Shown here piece after piece: positions 50,900 to 63,860 of a DNA stretch of 64,000 nt. The notes under the pieces are model-generated. The model did no database searches and had not been told where the DNA came from. It worked only from the letters and a program-made list of their open reading frames with translations. The DNA is from Lama glama (Eukaryota): the NCBI GenBank assembly GCA_028534125.1, contig CM052816.1, positions 49,044,001-49,108,000 on the forward strand. The letters are read 5' to 3'. How positions within the stretch are numbered: the stretch's first letter is position 1; each line of letters opens with the position of its first letter. A program made the translations under genes and the position numbers.

Positions 50900-53800
50900 T
50901 TAATAATAGACTTTACTGTTCAGAACTGTTTTAAGGTTTACAAGAAGTTGAGAGGATAGTAGAGACTTCCCATATACTCTAAACTCTTTGCCTTACTTGT
51001 AATATATTAGTATGATGTATTTGTTAAAATTAATGAATCAATATTGATGCTCAATTATTAATTAAAGTCCATACTTCACTCAGATTTCGTTAGTTTTGAC
51101 TTAACATCATTTTTGTTCCAGGATTTCATCTAGATTGTCTTTAGTTGTTGTGCCTCCTTGAGTTCATCTTGGCTGCAACAGCTTCCTAGTTTCCTTATTT
51201 GTGATGACTTTGACAGTTTTGAGGAATCAGGGTACTTTGTGGAATGCCCCTTCTTTGGCATTTGTCTGATATGTTTCTCATGATTAGACTGAAGTTGGGA
51301 GATTTTGGAAAGACCAATAAAGGTAAAGTTCCATTCTCATTGCAGCATATGAAGAGCACATGCTGTCTACATGACCTATCACTGTTAAATGAGAACCTTG
51401 TTCACCTGGTGCAGGTAGTAATTGTCAGGTTTCTACATGATAAAGTTACTCTTTTTTCCTGCCTTTCTATCCTGTACTTTTTAGAAGAAAGGCCCTATGT
51501 GTGATATGGTTCATTCTTTGTGATATAAAAAGTTCTGTGTGTTTTAAAAAATACCTAGTGTCATGTATCCACCATTCAGTAGCCTTCAGAATCATTTTAC
51601 CACACTGAAAAACTACCTGTGATTCACCCATTCAATCCACCAGCCCTGAACCATTGGCAATCAGTGACCTTTTAATCATCTCTCTAATTTTACGTATTGA
51701 AGAATGTCATGTAACTGAAACCATACAGTATGTGGGTTCTTTGGGATAGCTGCTTTTGCTTAGCCATATACAGTTAAGATTAATCTACTTTTTTTGTCAA
51801 TTGATAACATTTCATTTCATCACTCAATAATGTCCCTTTACCAGTGGAAGATGAAGTTTGCTGAGTTGATTTCTTCCAGTTTCAACAAATATGAATAAAG
51901 CCACTAAAAATAAACATTTGAGTACTGTTTTTGTATGGGCATAGATTTTCAGATCAATTGGGTAAATACCTAAGAGTGAAAGAGCTAGATCGTATGATAA
52001 GACAATGTTTGCAAGAAACTGCTAAATTGTCTACCAAGGTAGCTGTATATTTTGGACTCCCAGTGTCATAATGTCTGGATTACTATAGTTTTGTAATAAT
52101 GAATATTGAAATTGTATAATGTGATTTCTCCAACTTTGTTCTTCTTCAGTAATGTGCTGGTTGTTTTAGATCTTTCGTCTTTTCATATAAAGATTACAGT
52201 TAGTTTGTTGGTATCTAAAAAATAGCTTCCTGAGATTTTAATTGGAATTTAGTTAAATCTGTAGATTAATTTGGAAAGAATTAACATCCTTACAGTATTG
52301 AATCTTTCAATCCATAAAAATAACCTATCTCTCCACTTATTCGTCTGCTTTAATTGTGTCATTGGAATTTTTCTGTTTTCTGCATAGACAGGTTGTGCAT
52401 ATTTTGCTACATTTATACCTAAGAATTTTGTTTTTGTGATACTATAAATTGCATTTTTGAAATTCAGATTGCAATTGCTGACTGCTTACATGTAGGAAAG
52501 CAATAAACTTTTGGATATTAAACTCTTATTCTATGACCTTGATATACTCATTAATTAGTTGTATAAAATTTTTCTTGGTTCTTTAGGTTTTTCTCTGTAG
52601 ATGACTTTGTCATCTGTGAACAAAGTCAGTTTTACTTCTCCCTTTCCAGTAATATACAGTCTACTGCATCATCATATATGTTCTATTCCATTTTCTTATC
52701 TCAGTACTAACTGGAGCTTCCAGTTTGATGTTGAACAGGAATGTTGAAAAGAGTGATCCTTGTTCTTTTTTCTGATCTTTAGGGAAAGTATCCAGTTTCT
52801 CACCATTAAGGTTTTTTTTAAGGTAAATTTATTATCTTAAAATAGAATTTATTTTTCACTACTTCTCTTTCCCACAAAAGTACCAAATGATAAAGTAGCT
52901 AGGTATAAACTAAAGTGAATTAGAATTTCTTTCCATGAAAATCCATTGAGCATCTGTATACCACATGGGGGCTATTGAGGAGTATTATAACTAGAATTGT
53001 AAATCCCTGGCCTGTTGTAATTTTAAAGGGTCTATATTTTAAAGGTGTCTGATATGTGACTTGAACTCCTCGCTCGCCATGGAAGATTCCCAGCCCTGTG
53101 ATATTTCTTTCCTCTTTTGTTTGACCCACTAGGGGTGTGGATCCTGAGCAGATTGCTTATCTTCCCTTTCCACCAGGTTCCATGTTGGTCTTTCTTTACA
53201 GCCTTGGTTGTAGCAGAGCTGTTCTGCTAGTCCCCAGGTTGATTTCAGCAAGAGTCGCTCTGTATATAGATGTAGTTTTGACCTGTTTGTGAGGGGAGTG
53301 AGCCCAGTGTCCTGCTACTCCACCATCTTGATCTCTCCTCCCATATAGTATTCTTTTATTACCATTTTATCGGTATATTTAAACTGTTCTTATTTAAATG
53401 ATTATTGATGTCATTGGATATGTACCATACTTGTAATAGTTTTTAAAAATTTATTGTATTTTTTCTTTTATTTCTTTATTTCTTTCTCTATTTTTCTGCC
53501 TTCTTTGATTTTAATTGAGTGTTTTGTACAATTCCATATTCTGTCATCTTCTTAGCGTATCAGTTACTATGCTTCTTTTAAAAAAAAAATGTGTGCTCTA
53601 TGGTTTGCAATATACACTTGTGATTAATTTAAGTTCACTCAAATAGCATTATATTGTTTTACATTTACCTTATGAATATCCACAATTTTTCTCATTTCTT
53701 ATATTTCTGTCACTCATTTTATTTATCCAACATACTGTTAGTATAATTACTTTAAACATATTTATTTTAGATCAATTAAAAACAAGAAAAATAAATATTT

Positions 53801-55660
53801 TTTCTTTATTTATTCTTTCCTTTATGCCTTTCTTTCAACATGTAGATTCAGGTTTCTGATCTATGTAATTTTCTTTCTCACTGAAGAACTTCTTTTAACA
53901 TTTCTTGCAAGGTAAGTCTTCAGGAAATGAATTCCTTCAGTTTTTCTTTGTCTGTGAAAGTCTTTATGTCTCCTTCATTTTTGAAGAATAATTATGTTGA
54001 ATATTGCATTTTAGATTGATGGATTTTTTCTTTAACACTTTAAATATTTCATTTTACTCTTGTGTTTTCACAGTTGCTGACAAGAACTCCAAAGTAATTG
54101 TTATGCTTGTTACGTAGCAATTTAATTGTTATAATCTGCTGATAAGATCTCTCCCCCTCACCCCCTGAATTCTTTCCAGATTTTTTCTACACCTGTTACT
54201 TTCCACAATCTGAATATGCCTAGGTGTTGATTTTTTATATTTATCCTTTTGGTGTTTTCTTAGTTTCATGGATTGGTGGTTTGGAGCCTGTTATTAAATG
54301 TGGAAAATTTTCAACCATTATTACTTCAAATATTTGCCTCCATTCTTTCTTTCTTCTTCTGATATCCCAGTTGCATATAGGTTACATCTTTTTTCATGTC
54401 CCACAGTTTTTGGATATTTACTTCTGGATTTTCTTTCTGTCTTTTTTTATATGCATTTCAGTTTTGAAGTTTTTAATCAGCATATCTTCCAGATTACTTA
54501 TTTTTCCTTGACTTAGTCCAGTCTCCTGATGAGCCCATCAAGGCATTATTCATTTATATAATAGTCTTTTAACATATCCATTTGACTCTTTCTTAGAGTG
54601 TCCATGTCTCCACTTATATTACCATCTATTCTAGTGTTTTGTCTCTTTCCACTGTAGCCCGAACATATTATTTATAATCATTTAAAACGTCTTGTGTGAT
54701 AATTCCATGACTGTGTGACTCTAATGCCTGCTGTGTCTCTACAGAGTGTATTTTTTTTAACTTATGGCATAACTTCTAATTTTTTTATTGAAAGCCAGAC
54801 ATGATATATAAGGTAATAGAAAGTGAGGTAAATAAACCATTAGTGTAGGGTTCACATTAATTTGCTTAAGAGTTGGATTGTGTTTAATGTTTTCTGTAGC
54901 CATGGTTTCCAGAGGCTTCAAATGAATGTCCTTGGTTTGGTCTCCTCCGTTTTTGGATTTGTCTAAGAAGTCCTTAGTTCTGTGTGCCTTGTGGCTCTTT
55001 CAGCTGTAATCTTCTGTTATTATACTGGGAACATGTTGATGTAGTGATGAGGTGTGGAAAAGGGTAAGCATTCACAATTTTATGATACAATTTCAGTTTC
55101 TTGGTAGACCTGTGTCCCTGGGCTGCGACTTTCACAAGCCTTTCTTGGCTTTTTCCCTTCTTAGGTGAGACAGGAACCCACAGTGGGTAAAATTATGTAA
55201 TTGCTTTTCTTCAATTTCGATGTGATAAGGCTGTACTCTTTTTTCCCTGTTATGTCTTTGCTATGATGGAATTTTTCTCGAATCTTCAACATGAGAACAC
55301 AGTTGTATTCTTAGAGGTAAAGCCTATGAAAGTATGGGGCTTCCCTAAGACTAGGCTCCCAGAAGTTTTTCACTCTCACACTGGTTTCCACTCAGCCATC
55401 AGCACTTTGTCAAAATTACTATTTCAGTGTTCCTACTAGTTTATGGCTCCAATGGCTTCTGTTCCATGAAAGCTGACCTGAATTTATCATTCCTTGAATT
55501 CTCCTGTCTTTCCAGATTTGGGGATGGCAGTTGCTGTGTGACTTCTTTTCTCTGATCTACCTAAGAAAAGTGTTGATATTCCACTTGTTTGGTTTTTTAA
55601 CTTGTTGTAAGGTCAAGAATGAGTTTCAAGTTTTTTACATATCAAAACTGCAGCCAGCCT
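50900..55660 (-). mobile_element. L1MC3/L1MD-like element spanning 3'UTR to 5' end with large internal deletions
   Basis: 3'UTR taatagactttact...gatgactttgacagttttgagg; ORF2 to ~52810; ORF1-like 53850-54600; 5' end-like ttgttgtaaggtcaagaatgagtttcaagttttttacat. Confidence 0.8.
52812..53342 (-). mobile_element. Chimeric insert: L1 5' terminal ~300 nt, ~220 nt non-L1 sequence, AATAAA and A8
   Basis: Minus strand begins gggaggagagatcaagatggtggagtagcagga (L1 start, YY1-type motif); L1 likeness ends ~53044; AATAAA at 52853-52848 and 52833-52828; T8 at 52812-52819. Confidence 0.6.
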
Positions 55661-55779
55661 CCCCATAATTGCCTTTCAGGTATTGTGTTTTTATAGTCTC
55701 TTGCCAGGCTTCTCTTTCAGAGAAATCTAGATTTTTATTTGAAAGGAAAGCTATTCTCTCTTTGTATAACGTTAAATTT

Positions 55780-56160
55780 ATTTCAGTTTGGATTCTTCCA
55801 AGGCCGACTCTGAGAAAGGATTTGTGTGCAAATACTTTATTTGAGGGATGACTCAAGAAACCCTGGTAATGGAGTAGGAAAATGAGGTAGAGAAGGAAAA
55901 AAACAATAAAATATGCTCTCCTGAATGGGTTAACTACAGTGGTCAAGTAGGACTCAGTCACACTCTGAATCCTGTGAGCAACTGTACAGTACACTTCTAA
56001 ATGTTCCCAACAAGAGGGGAAAAAGCTAGTCTATGTATCCACCATTCAGTTTCTTCATTTGTTGAGAATTGCTCGTAGGACCTTAACATTCTTGCCTTTT
56101 GACCTGCTTCATCCCTAGTGAGACTATTTCAACAACAGGAAAACATCTTCAGGCAGAAGG
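55780..56160 (-). mobile_element. LTR33-like ERVL LTR fragment
   Basis: gactctgagaaaggatttgtgtgcaaatactttatttgagggatgactcaagaaaccctggt...aagctagtctatgtatccacca. Confidence 0.7.
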
Positions 56161-56725
56161 ACAGTGTTAGTTATAAAGATTGTTTGAAATAAGATGCAAA
56201 ATCATTATTAGAATTCTGTTACAAGTATTTTCACTAGCATTTCAAAACTATCCCTTTACCACTTAGAGTGTGCTTACTGTGGAATTAAGTAGATCTGTGA
56301 ATTGAAAGGGTTTGACTCTAACTGATACTTTGTTACCTCACCCAGTTTCACCACCCTGCCCTACCAAAAAATAGTATTTTGAGTATTTACTGAAGCAATA
56401 CAGATACATTCTAGGAATGCTCAATTTATAGATTTTTTTTTCCTGTTTGTGTTAGAAGCCTCTGTTATGCAACTGCAGCCTCCAGCATCATATCTTTGGC
56501 TTAAAGAATCAATGATCAAATTATATCAAAGATAAAATATAACAATAAAACTATGTGAGATTGGAACTCATTTCTTTTTTTCCTTTACTCATTAAACAAA
56601 TGTTAGTAATAAGCACTACCATTGTGTATACTCTTCTTTAAGTTGGAGAAAGAGGATTGAATAATAAAAAGAAAATTGTCAGCCATTGTGAGGTTTATAT
56701 TCTGACAATGCTACATTTGCCTTAT

Positions 56726-56775
56726 TAGAAATTAGCTCATAATTATTCTAGAAATTAGCTTATAATTATTCTAGA
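56726..56775. repeat. 23-bp tandem duplication
   Basis: tagaaattagctcataattattc followed by tagaaattagcttataattattc and taga. Confidence 0.95.
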
Positions 56776-59395
56776 TATCATTCATTGGTCTATATCTTGA
56801 AGTATAGATATAAAATGATACAAAGATCAAAAAATAAATGCTTAAGTTTTAATTTAGACTATAGAGTTAGAAAAAAATATAAACCTGACCATTGTTTTAT
56901 GAAGTTTAAGGCGCCTCAAACTCTGCCATCCAAAACCACTAACTATGGATTATCTTTACCAAGCATCCTTTTACTCATCAAGACCAAGATTAAGTTACTT
57001 CTGTCACCTTACTTCCAGATTAATACATAAGAAAGTAATAAATCTATATAAAGGCATGGCACATAGAACTTGCTTAAATATTGATTGAACCAATGATTGC
57101 AAATTTTAAAAGGATCCACAAGCTTACAGTTTGAAATATAATTCTGGGTATTCTGCTACTAGCTATTTTATATTTATAAATATTCCAGTATACAACCTGA
57201 CTTTCATATCTCAAACCTACCAAATTTTGTTTTTAATAGGGTGTGAGAAATTAGATAAAAATTATGACCAGCAAACATCCATTTCATAAAAATATTATAA
57301 AACCATTCTCTTTCAGGAAATATATGGGGATCAGAAAATAAATGGTGGAATACTTCACAAAAAGTGATATAAATGTCCAATTCTGTTTAAAATTGTTATT
57401 TTATAAAGGGATGGGAATAAAAGAAAGAAGCACATGCAAATTAATTTTCTAGTGTTCCTTTCAAGTATATTGCAAGGAGAAAGGACTTTACTGTCTTACA
57501 TTTTTATTATTCATTTTTGGTGATAAAAATTTGAAGATGGTTAGGAGTCATAATGTTTCAAAAGAATAAGTAGCTTAAAACTTGCTAATATGTGAAGTTG
57601 TTTTCATACAATTCCTTTGAGTTTAAACACTTCTTTTGGTTTTTAAACAATTTCTATGGATTATACATATACTATGCTTCTGTCTTAAGGTTTTCATTTA
57701 AAAAAGTAAATTGAAAATAATAACACTAACATGAGTCATAGAAATAATTTTAATAATAGTTGCCTTTCCTTGACCCATTTTTAACTGCCAGAAAGTGTAT
57801 TAAGAACATATGTAAAATTCAAATAGAAACCTCTAAGTTAAGTTCTATTTACTATGTATTTTATAAGTGAGAAAAATTGGTATATAGCAAAAGCAAACTA
57901 CTTGGCTTTGTTTACCCAACTAGTAAAAGCAGTAGTTGTCTAAGTAACTCATGATTTTAAGAAAGAGTTTCAAGAGTAAATGAACTATGATAAAGTGGTA
58001 AGTGTTTATACGTGATGAAGAGGAAGTGAAAGAGTACAAAAGCACTATTGCATGTTCAAAACCTTCTGCTAAACCAATTTTGCTTATTTTCTATCAAAAT
58101 TGTACTCAGAGATTATTCTGTAATACTTACTTAGAATTTTGCCTAGAGTTTTGCCTTTCAGCGTCATAATTATCTAGTCTTCGGATTTGAAAATCCTAGT
58201 CTGAGTTTGAACTCAGTGACTAGGTTGTTTTCATATTTATAATATTTACATACAGTTTCATTGTATTGAAGTATAAACTAAATGGCTTAGATGAACAATA
58301 CCTTATTTTGATATTAGAATATATTATTTTTATATTTTCACAAATTTTAAATTATTTTGCCTATAGTTATTGACTTAGCATAGCCCTTTATTTTTATTAG
58401 TTTTACTCTGATTATCTTCATACTTACCTATGAATGGAAAACCTAATTGTAACTGAAAAAACCTTCAAATAAATCTGCACATAACCATCAAACTAAGTAG
58501 AAGTTGATGCTTTGAAGAAAGTAATGTCAGAATTTATGACTAAGCTCAATATTTTTTTATTGAAAGTTACATAATATTTCTTACTTGTATTGAAACCCTT
58601 ACTAACCTGTTTTTGAAGTTCTACTGCTTTAATTACACTAGTGACTGAAGTTTAGTCATTTATTCAGTGTTTCTCAATTTTTTAGCCATATTTATGTAAC
58701 AGGAATTCCTTTAACATTCTCCTTCATTTTCATGTAAAAGTCATATTTGCATTATATTAGATGGTAGCTCAGTAAACTAACCCTCCCATTCCCAAAGATA
58801 ACAAGGTAGATTTTCTATAGGACCATGGAATTTATTTTAAAAACTTAGAAACATTGCTTTGTTGACAGTTTTGATAATATCTGTGATAAAATATGCAACA
58901 GAACAGTGGCTCTTTGCCAGTTTTGTTCCCTAATGTACCCAAAGTGTTTCAAAGAAAATACGACAGACTGGGTATTCAATAAATAATTGTTGAATAATGA
59001 ATTTTCTTTTTATTTTCTTCTTATATTCATTAATATGCATATTGAGTGTCCATTTGTTAACCAGGCATTTTGTTAATCACTGTGAATCCAAAAGGGACTT
59101 CAAAATATAAAATTTAGGCATAATATAAATCCTTGTTCAGATATTTTACTCTATGCATTAGGTACATTGTGATGGAATACTTGATGAGCCTAAAGAGTTA
59201 AAAATATTTAGTTCACTCGACTGTAGTGACTGTTTCACATTCTAGTTGGTGATTATGAAATCACATACTGTGATGTTGAAGGTAGACAATTACTCAAAGT
59301 TAAATTTCACCAAAAAAGTTACATATTCAATAACAGAGTGCTCTGAAATTGTAAAGTTATAAAATCCAGGTTAAAAATTATTCAATTTCCAACTA

Positions 59396-59446
59396 TTTGG
59401 ATGGGTGAAGCCCGTTAGATTTAAGATAAAGCTTCATCCATCCAAA
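59396..59446. repeat. 16-bp inverted repeat, 19-nt loop
   Basis: tttggatgggtgaagc and gcttcatccatccaaa (15/16 complementary; the exception is G:U on the + strand RNA). Confidence 0.9.
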
Positions 59447-60109
59447 ATTAAAAGTAAAAGTTACCCATCTGCCTTTAATGCATTATATACCAAAGGCCTC
59501 ATAATTTATTGTGTTTCCTGATCCCTCAAGGAAAGAAGAGGTTTTAATAGGAAGCTGTGTTGAATTCAAGCCATTCATGTCATACATTATTTAGCTCCAA
59601 CTATCATAATGGTATCTATGAACTTTCTTTGCTCATTATTTTTATGCTTGCTTTAACATAGCAAACGGCTTGTCCTCTTATTCTGTCAGATCCACCGAGC
59701 TATGCCCTGTTGGTCTGAATACTTGGCAGAGAGCCTTTGAGAACTCCTGAGACCCTTGTGCTGATTTAGTGGATGGCAGGCTTTTCTCTGACTTAGTCTC
59801 TAATGGAAGTACTTTTCAAGAATAGCCAGACCATTCCTTATTTCTGAGAAAAAAGGAAAATTAGTTATGTTGTAATACCATCTGGGCTTAAAATGCTCAA
59901 GTATAACTGGTGTTCCATGTAGATGAGGACACTTCACATTGACTATGCTAGCTCCGGAAAGCTATGTTTAGTATAGAGAAAAATAAAGCAGGGAGTTCCA
60001 TGCCTCTTTTCCCAGGAAAGTGGACACAATCAGGAAACAGGTAGAATTAAGAATAAAAACTTATTACTCAGGAATTTGCCATAATAGAGGAAGAAACAGT
60101 TGTGCAAGG

Positions 60110-60258
60110 GAAGAACATTTTGAATTTGCACTTAAATGAGCTATATGATCATGGGCTAATGCCAAGCTCTCTGACCCTTTGTTTCATTCATCAACATGAA
60201 TCTGAAAGAGATACATGAGATATATGAACATTGTAAAGCAGGTGGAAAAAATGGCATG
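60110..60258 (+). mobile_element. MIR fragment, continued after the LTR at ~60771-60790
   Basis: agctatatgatcatgggc...ctctctgaccctttgtttcattcatc...tgtaaagca...tggcatg|ctagcaaagtctc. Confidence 0.5.
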
Positions 60259-60770
60259 TAACTTAAATAGTGTTAATATTTCCCTCAGATTAAACTTTAG
60301 ACAGGCTTCTTCTAGACTCTTAAGCCCAGACCTTTCTTTCTTTAGAGAATTTACTTTAGAAAATTGGTGATTGTGAATTATTTCTTTGCCCCTTTAAGAT
60401 GTAAATTTTAAACCTCTTGCCAGTTTTACAACCCAGGATTCTCTCAAGGACTGGGGAGCCATCCCCTTGAAGTTTATTCATCAAGGAATATAGCCCCCTA
60501 TCTCTCAGTCTCTCAGGGAAAGTAGCTGCCTAACATCAGTGGCTGCCTTGCTCCTTTCATGAAGATATGAGAAAGTTTGCTTTTCCTTTGGGTAGGCAAA
60601 TTAGCAAATACAAATGGCCTTCTATTCCCCCTCCATCCACCTCCTTCCAGTTCTTGAAAACTCTTTGGCCCTTTGCTTCAGCAGAGTTGAGATCAGATAG
60701 TGCTGGTTTCTCTCCCTACCGCATAGCCTCTACCTGTTTAATTTCATCCAGTGCGATTTTTGCTTTGACA
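60259..60770 (+). mobile_element. MER67-like ERV1 solo LTR
   Basis: tttagagaatttactttagaaaatt...acaacccagga...tctcaaggactggggagccatcccc...tttgctttgaca; candidate 4-bp TSD catg at 60255-60258 and 60771-60774. Confidence 0.75.
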
Positions 60771-62048
60771 CATGCTAGCAAAGTCTCCTTGTGCTTACTT
60801 ATTATACACATGGCAGCATTCACCTTTGTTGGCCATCCTTGTTTGCTGAAAAATGACCCAAAGTCTGAGTAAATCATTAATATTGCTTGGTAAGTCCTTT
60901 CTCAGCAGATCTCACTGAACACAATATTATTCAGACAGCTCTCATTCTGCACACAGACACTGAAAAATGGCTAATTTTATTGGCACATTTCATCCTAGTA
61001 ATATTTACTCATTTTTAATTATTAAATCCTCTCTTTGCCTAAAAAGCCTCCAAAAACAACAATAAAATATCATTAATTAAAAGTGAAAGAAGTAATGAAT
61101 TTGCAAGATAAAACCCAACAGTAGCAAGAAAAAAGCATTAAAAGGGGAATAAAACCTTAGAGACTGTAGACGAGGGATCCTATCTCAATAGAGTGATTTT
61201 TTTCATAAAGATATTTTAATACTTAACCATAAGTATAAATTTCTTATAAATAAATTAGAAATTTTAGAGTGTGTTATGAATGCTTTGTAGTTTTTAGAAC
61301 AGTTTGTAAAATGAACACAGTGAAAATAGTCCAAAAATGGGAACATATGTAGGTATCTTAAATGCACACACACACATTTGCAAACATTTGATTTCACTTT
61401 TTCTTTTTTTATAGTACCTAATCTGAGTCTTTTGGGTAATGCATAGTAGATAGATGTTTCCATATGAGAGTAAAAATAGGTTTCCAAAATGTGTATCTCC
61501 TTAATAACAAACTAAATTATTTCAATAGCGTGTCAGACTAGGACTACAAAAAAATGTTTTCTCGTTTACAAAGTATGTTCCTTATTTATGATAGAGAAAA
61601 ACTAACTTCTCTAGCTTTCTAAAATCTGTGATACACCCTGGAGGGTGTATTACATGGTGGTCCAGATGAGGGACCAATTTTGCTTAATCCAAGTGTGCAT
61701 GGCTTAGTAGCATCCAAAGAAATGTAAGCAAGCATGCATACTCCTGAGTTGATTCAATGACTGTACCCACTTGTTTTCAACACAGACTTGACAGTCACAG
61801 TGCTGCTCATTGAGTGTGCTGGGTGTAGTGCTGCTGAGGAGCTGTTGGCTTCATTAATACAAGTTTAGTAACATCAGCAGTGTGTTCATCCTGTCTCTGT
61901 GTAGTTATACACTCTGTGCAGTAAGAAAATTAACATAGACTTCTAGAATATTATAAATTTGATACAACTATTGAAATGAAAGTCTCAGTCAACAATTTGA
62001 CAACACTAATGAACTGTTCCCTCCCTTCTCTTTCCAGCTGTTCCCCAA

Positions 62049-62085
62049 ACACACACACACGTGCGTGTACACACACATGCACGCA
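62049..62085. repeat. Degenerate (CA)n / alternating purine-pyrimidine tract
   Basis: acacacacacacgtgcgtgtacacacacatgcacgca. Confidence 0.85.
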
Positions 62086-62619
62086 AACTACAGGATATGC
62101 AAACAGTGCTACAGCCAAGAAGATCATGGTACATGACGATTGAGACAACTTTTTAAAAATGTAAATCAAGGAGATTGAAAGCTTTCAGTTTTTAATTTGT
62201 AAATAGTTAATTAGCCAATTAGGTGAAAATATGCTCTTCAAATGATTTGAAAGATATCCATAACTTTGAAGCCAACTGAGAGAATATTTCTACACATACA
62301 TCTCACTGTTGTAACTTCTGAAGTTTCTACAAGTGAAAATAGAATGTATTACTATTTACTTTCATACAGATTGACCATATATTGAACTAAGTTTGTTTAT
62401 ATGTAGTTTTATTTTGTAATATGATTATGATTGCAAAAGTCCCTGGGAGCATATATCTTATTTATTTAATATGGGACTTTATTTGGAGAGATGACAAACA
62501 TGAGGGTAGAAGAAACATTATTAATTTAATATTATTGTCATTAGGGATAAATTATGAAACATCTGTGAAACAATGTGTATCAAATTTACCCATAATATCA
62601 GTACTTTCATTATGAAAGT

Positions 62620-62890
62620 CAGTGTAGCAAACTAATTAAAAGCATGATCCTTGAAGTCACAAGAACCTGGGTTTGACTCCAGATCAAGTATGAGCTTTGT
62701 GATACTCGGTTAGTCATTTGACAATTTTATACCACAGTGTCTTCAATACTATAATGGTATATTGTATCATTTAATATTTAGTTATGTAATATATAGCTTT
62801 GCTGTGAGAAATAAATAAATGTATATACAGTATAATTTTGTACCACCTGGTATGTGTTAAAACTTAATAAATATGAGATACTGCTACTAA
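62620..62890 (+). mobile_element. Near full-length MIR
   Basis: cagtgtagca...aaagcatgatccttgaagtcacaagaacctgggtttgactcc...ctgtgagaaataaataa...cctggtatgtg...cttaataaatatgag. Confidence 0.75.
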
Positions 62891-63044
62891 AATTATCCTT
62901 GCTAGCAATATACACAAAATCATCCAATCTTTTTCCTGTATTTTGAAAGTATAAATCTGGTAGTTATCAATTTGTATCCTATTTTTTCACTTAATCATTT
63001 TTCATTTTTACACAGAAATCACACATTTTCACATTGGTCACTTT

Positions 63045-63860
63045 TTCATTTATTTTTCCATTCTGTATTGAAAAATGATTCTTGAGTACCTACTATAGTC
63101 TGATATACTGCTAAGAGTTGAGGTTAAAATAATGAGCAAAATAAATATTGTCCCTGCCCTCCTGGGACTGACAGTCTTAAATGGAAGGAAGGCACAGATA
63201 AGAAACTCCTGCAAATGACTGTCATGTTGCAGTTGTGCCAGGTGCCCAAAGGAGAGCCACAGGGTGGTGTGATCTGTCCTCTCCATAGTGTGGTGTTTCC
63301 CCAAACTCTTGCTGAAGGGTGAACTGAAGGGTTATTAGGTTAAAGTTATGTGGGTTAAAATGACAAAACAAATAACTTCAGTAAAACCCCTGGTGGCAGA
63401 GAATATGGAGATTATGTATAATTCTTTATTTCCTTGTTTTAATCCAGAGAGCAAAGAGAATACAGTGAGGATTTTATCAGATTTTTGTTTTGAAAAGATT
63501 TTTTCACTACAGGTGAAGAACAGATTCATAGGAGCTGAGGTGTTAAAAGACCACTTGGGAAATTTAAAATAGTTCAGATGAAAATAGAGGTTAGTATGGG
63601 CTATGTTCCTAGTAAACATGACAAAAAGTATATGGCTTAGAGAAATATATGGGAGGTAACACTGATTCAGTGATGGATTAACTATGAGGGAGTCTTAGAG
63701 TGGGAGATGAAATAATGACTCGAGATTTGTGCAGATTTGTGATGATGGTGCCATTTTCTGAGCTAGGCAACACTGGATAAGGGTCAGATTTGTTCACCTT
63801 CATCAGGGGTAGTTACAAGATGCCTTGAGACATATAAGAACTATTAAGAACCATGTTATT
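63045..63860 (-). mobile_element. L2 3' portion
   Basis: ttcttgagtacctactatagtctgatatactgctaag...gtccctgccctcctgggactgacagtct...ggtgccattttctgagctagg. Confidence 0.8.

Noticed and set aside
56726..56775. Direct repeats as a CRISPR-like or regulatory array
   Set aside because: Only two adjacent units with no spacers, in mammalian DNA; a simple tandem duplication. The same applies to 30107-30149.
58428..58452. Minus-strand 15- or 25-nt micro-exon ending AG|gtaagt
   Set aside because: Strong donor but ambiguous acceptor and no recognisable peptide; unsupported without RNA data.
60845..60872. KNDPKS peptide reminiscent of RALY-family N-termini
   Set aside because: Only a six-residue coincidence followed by a stop; most of the ORF lies in an LTR.
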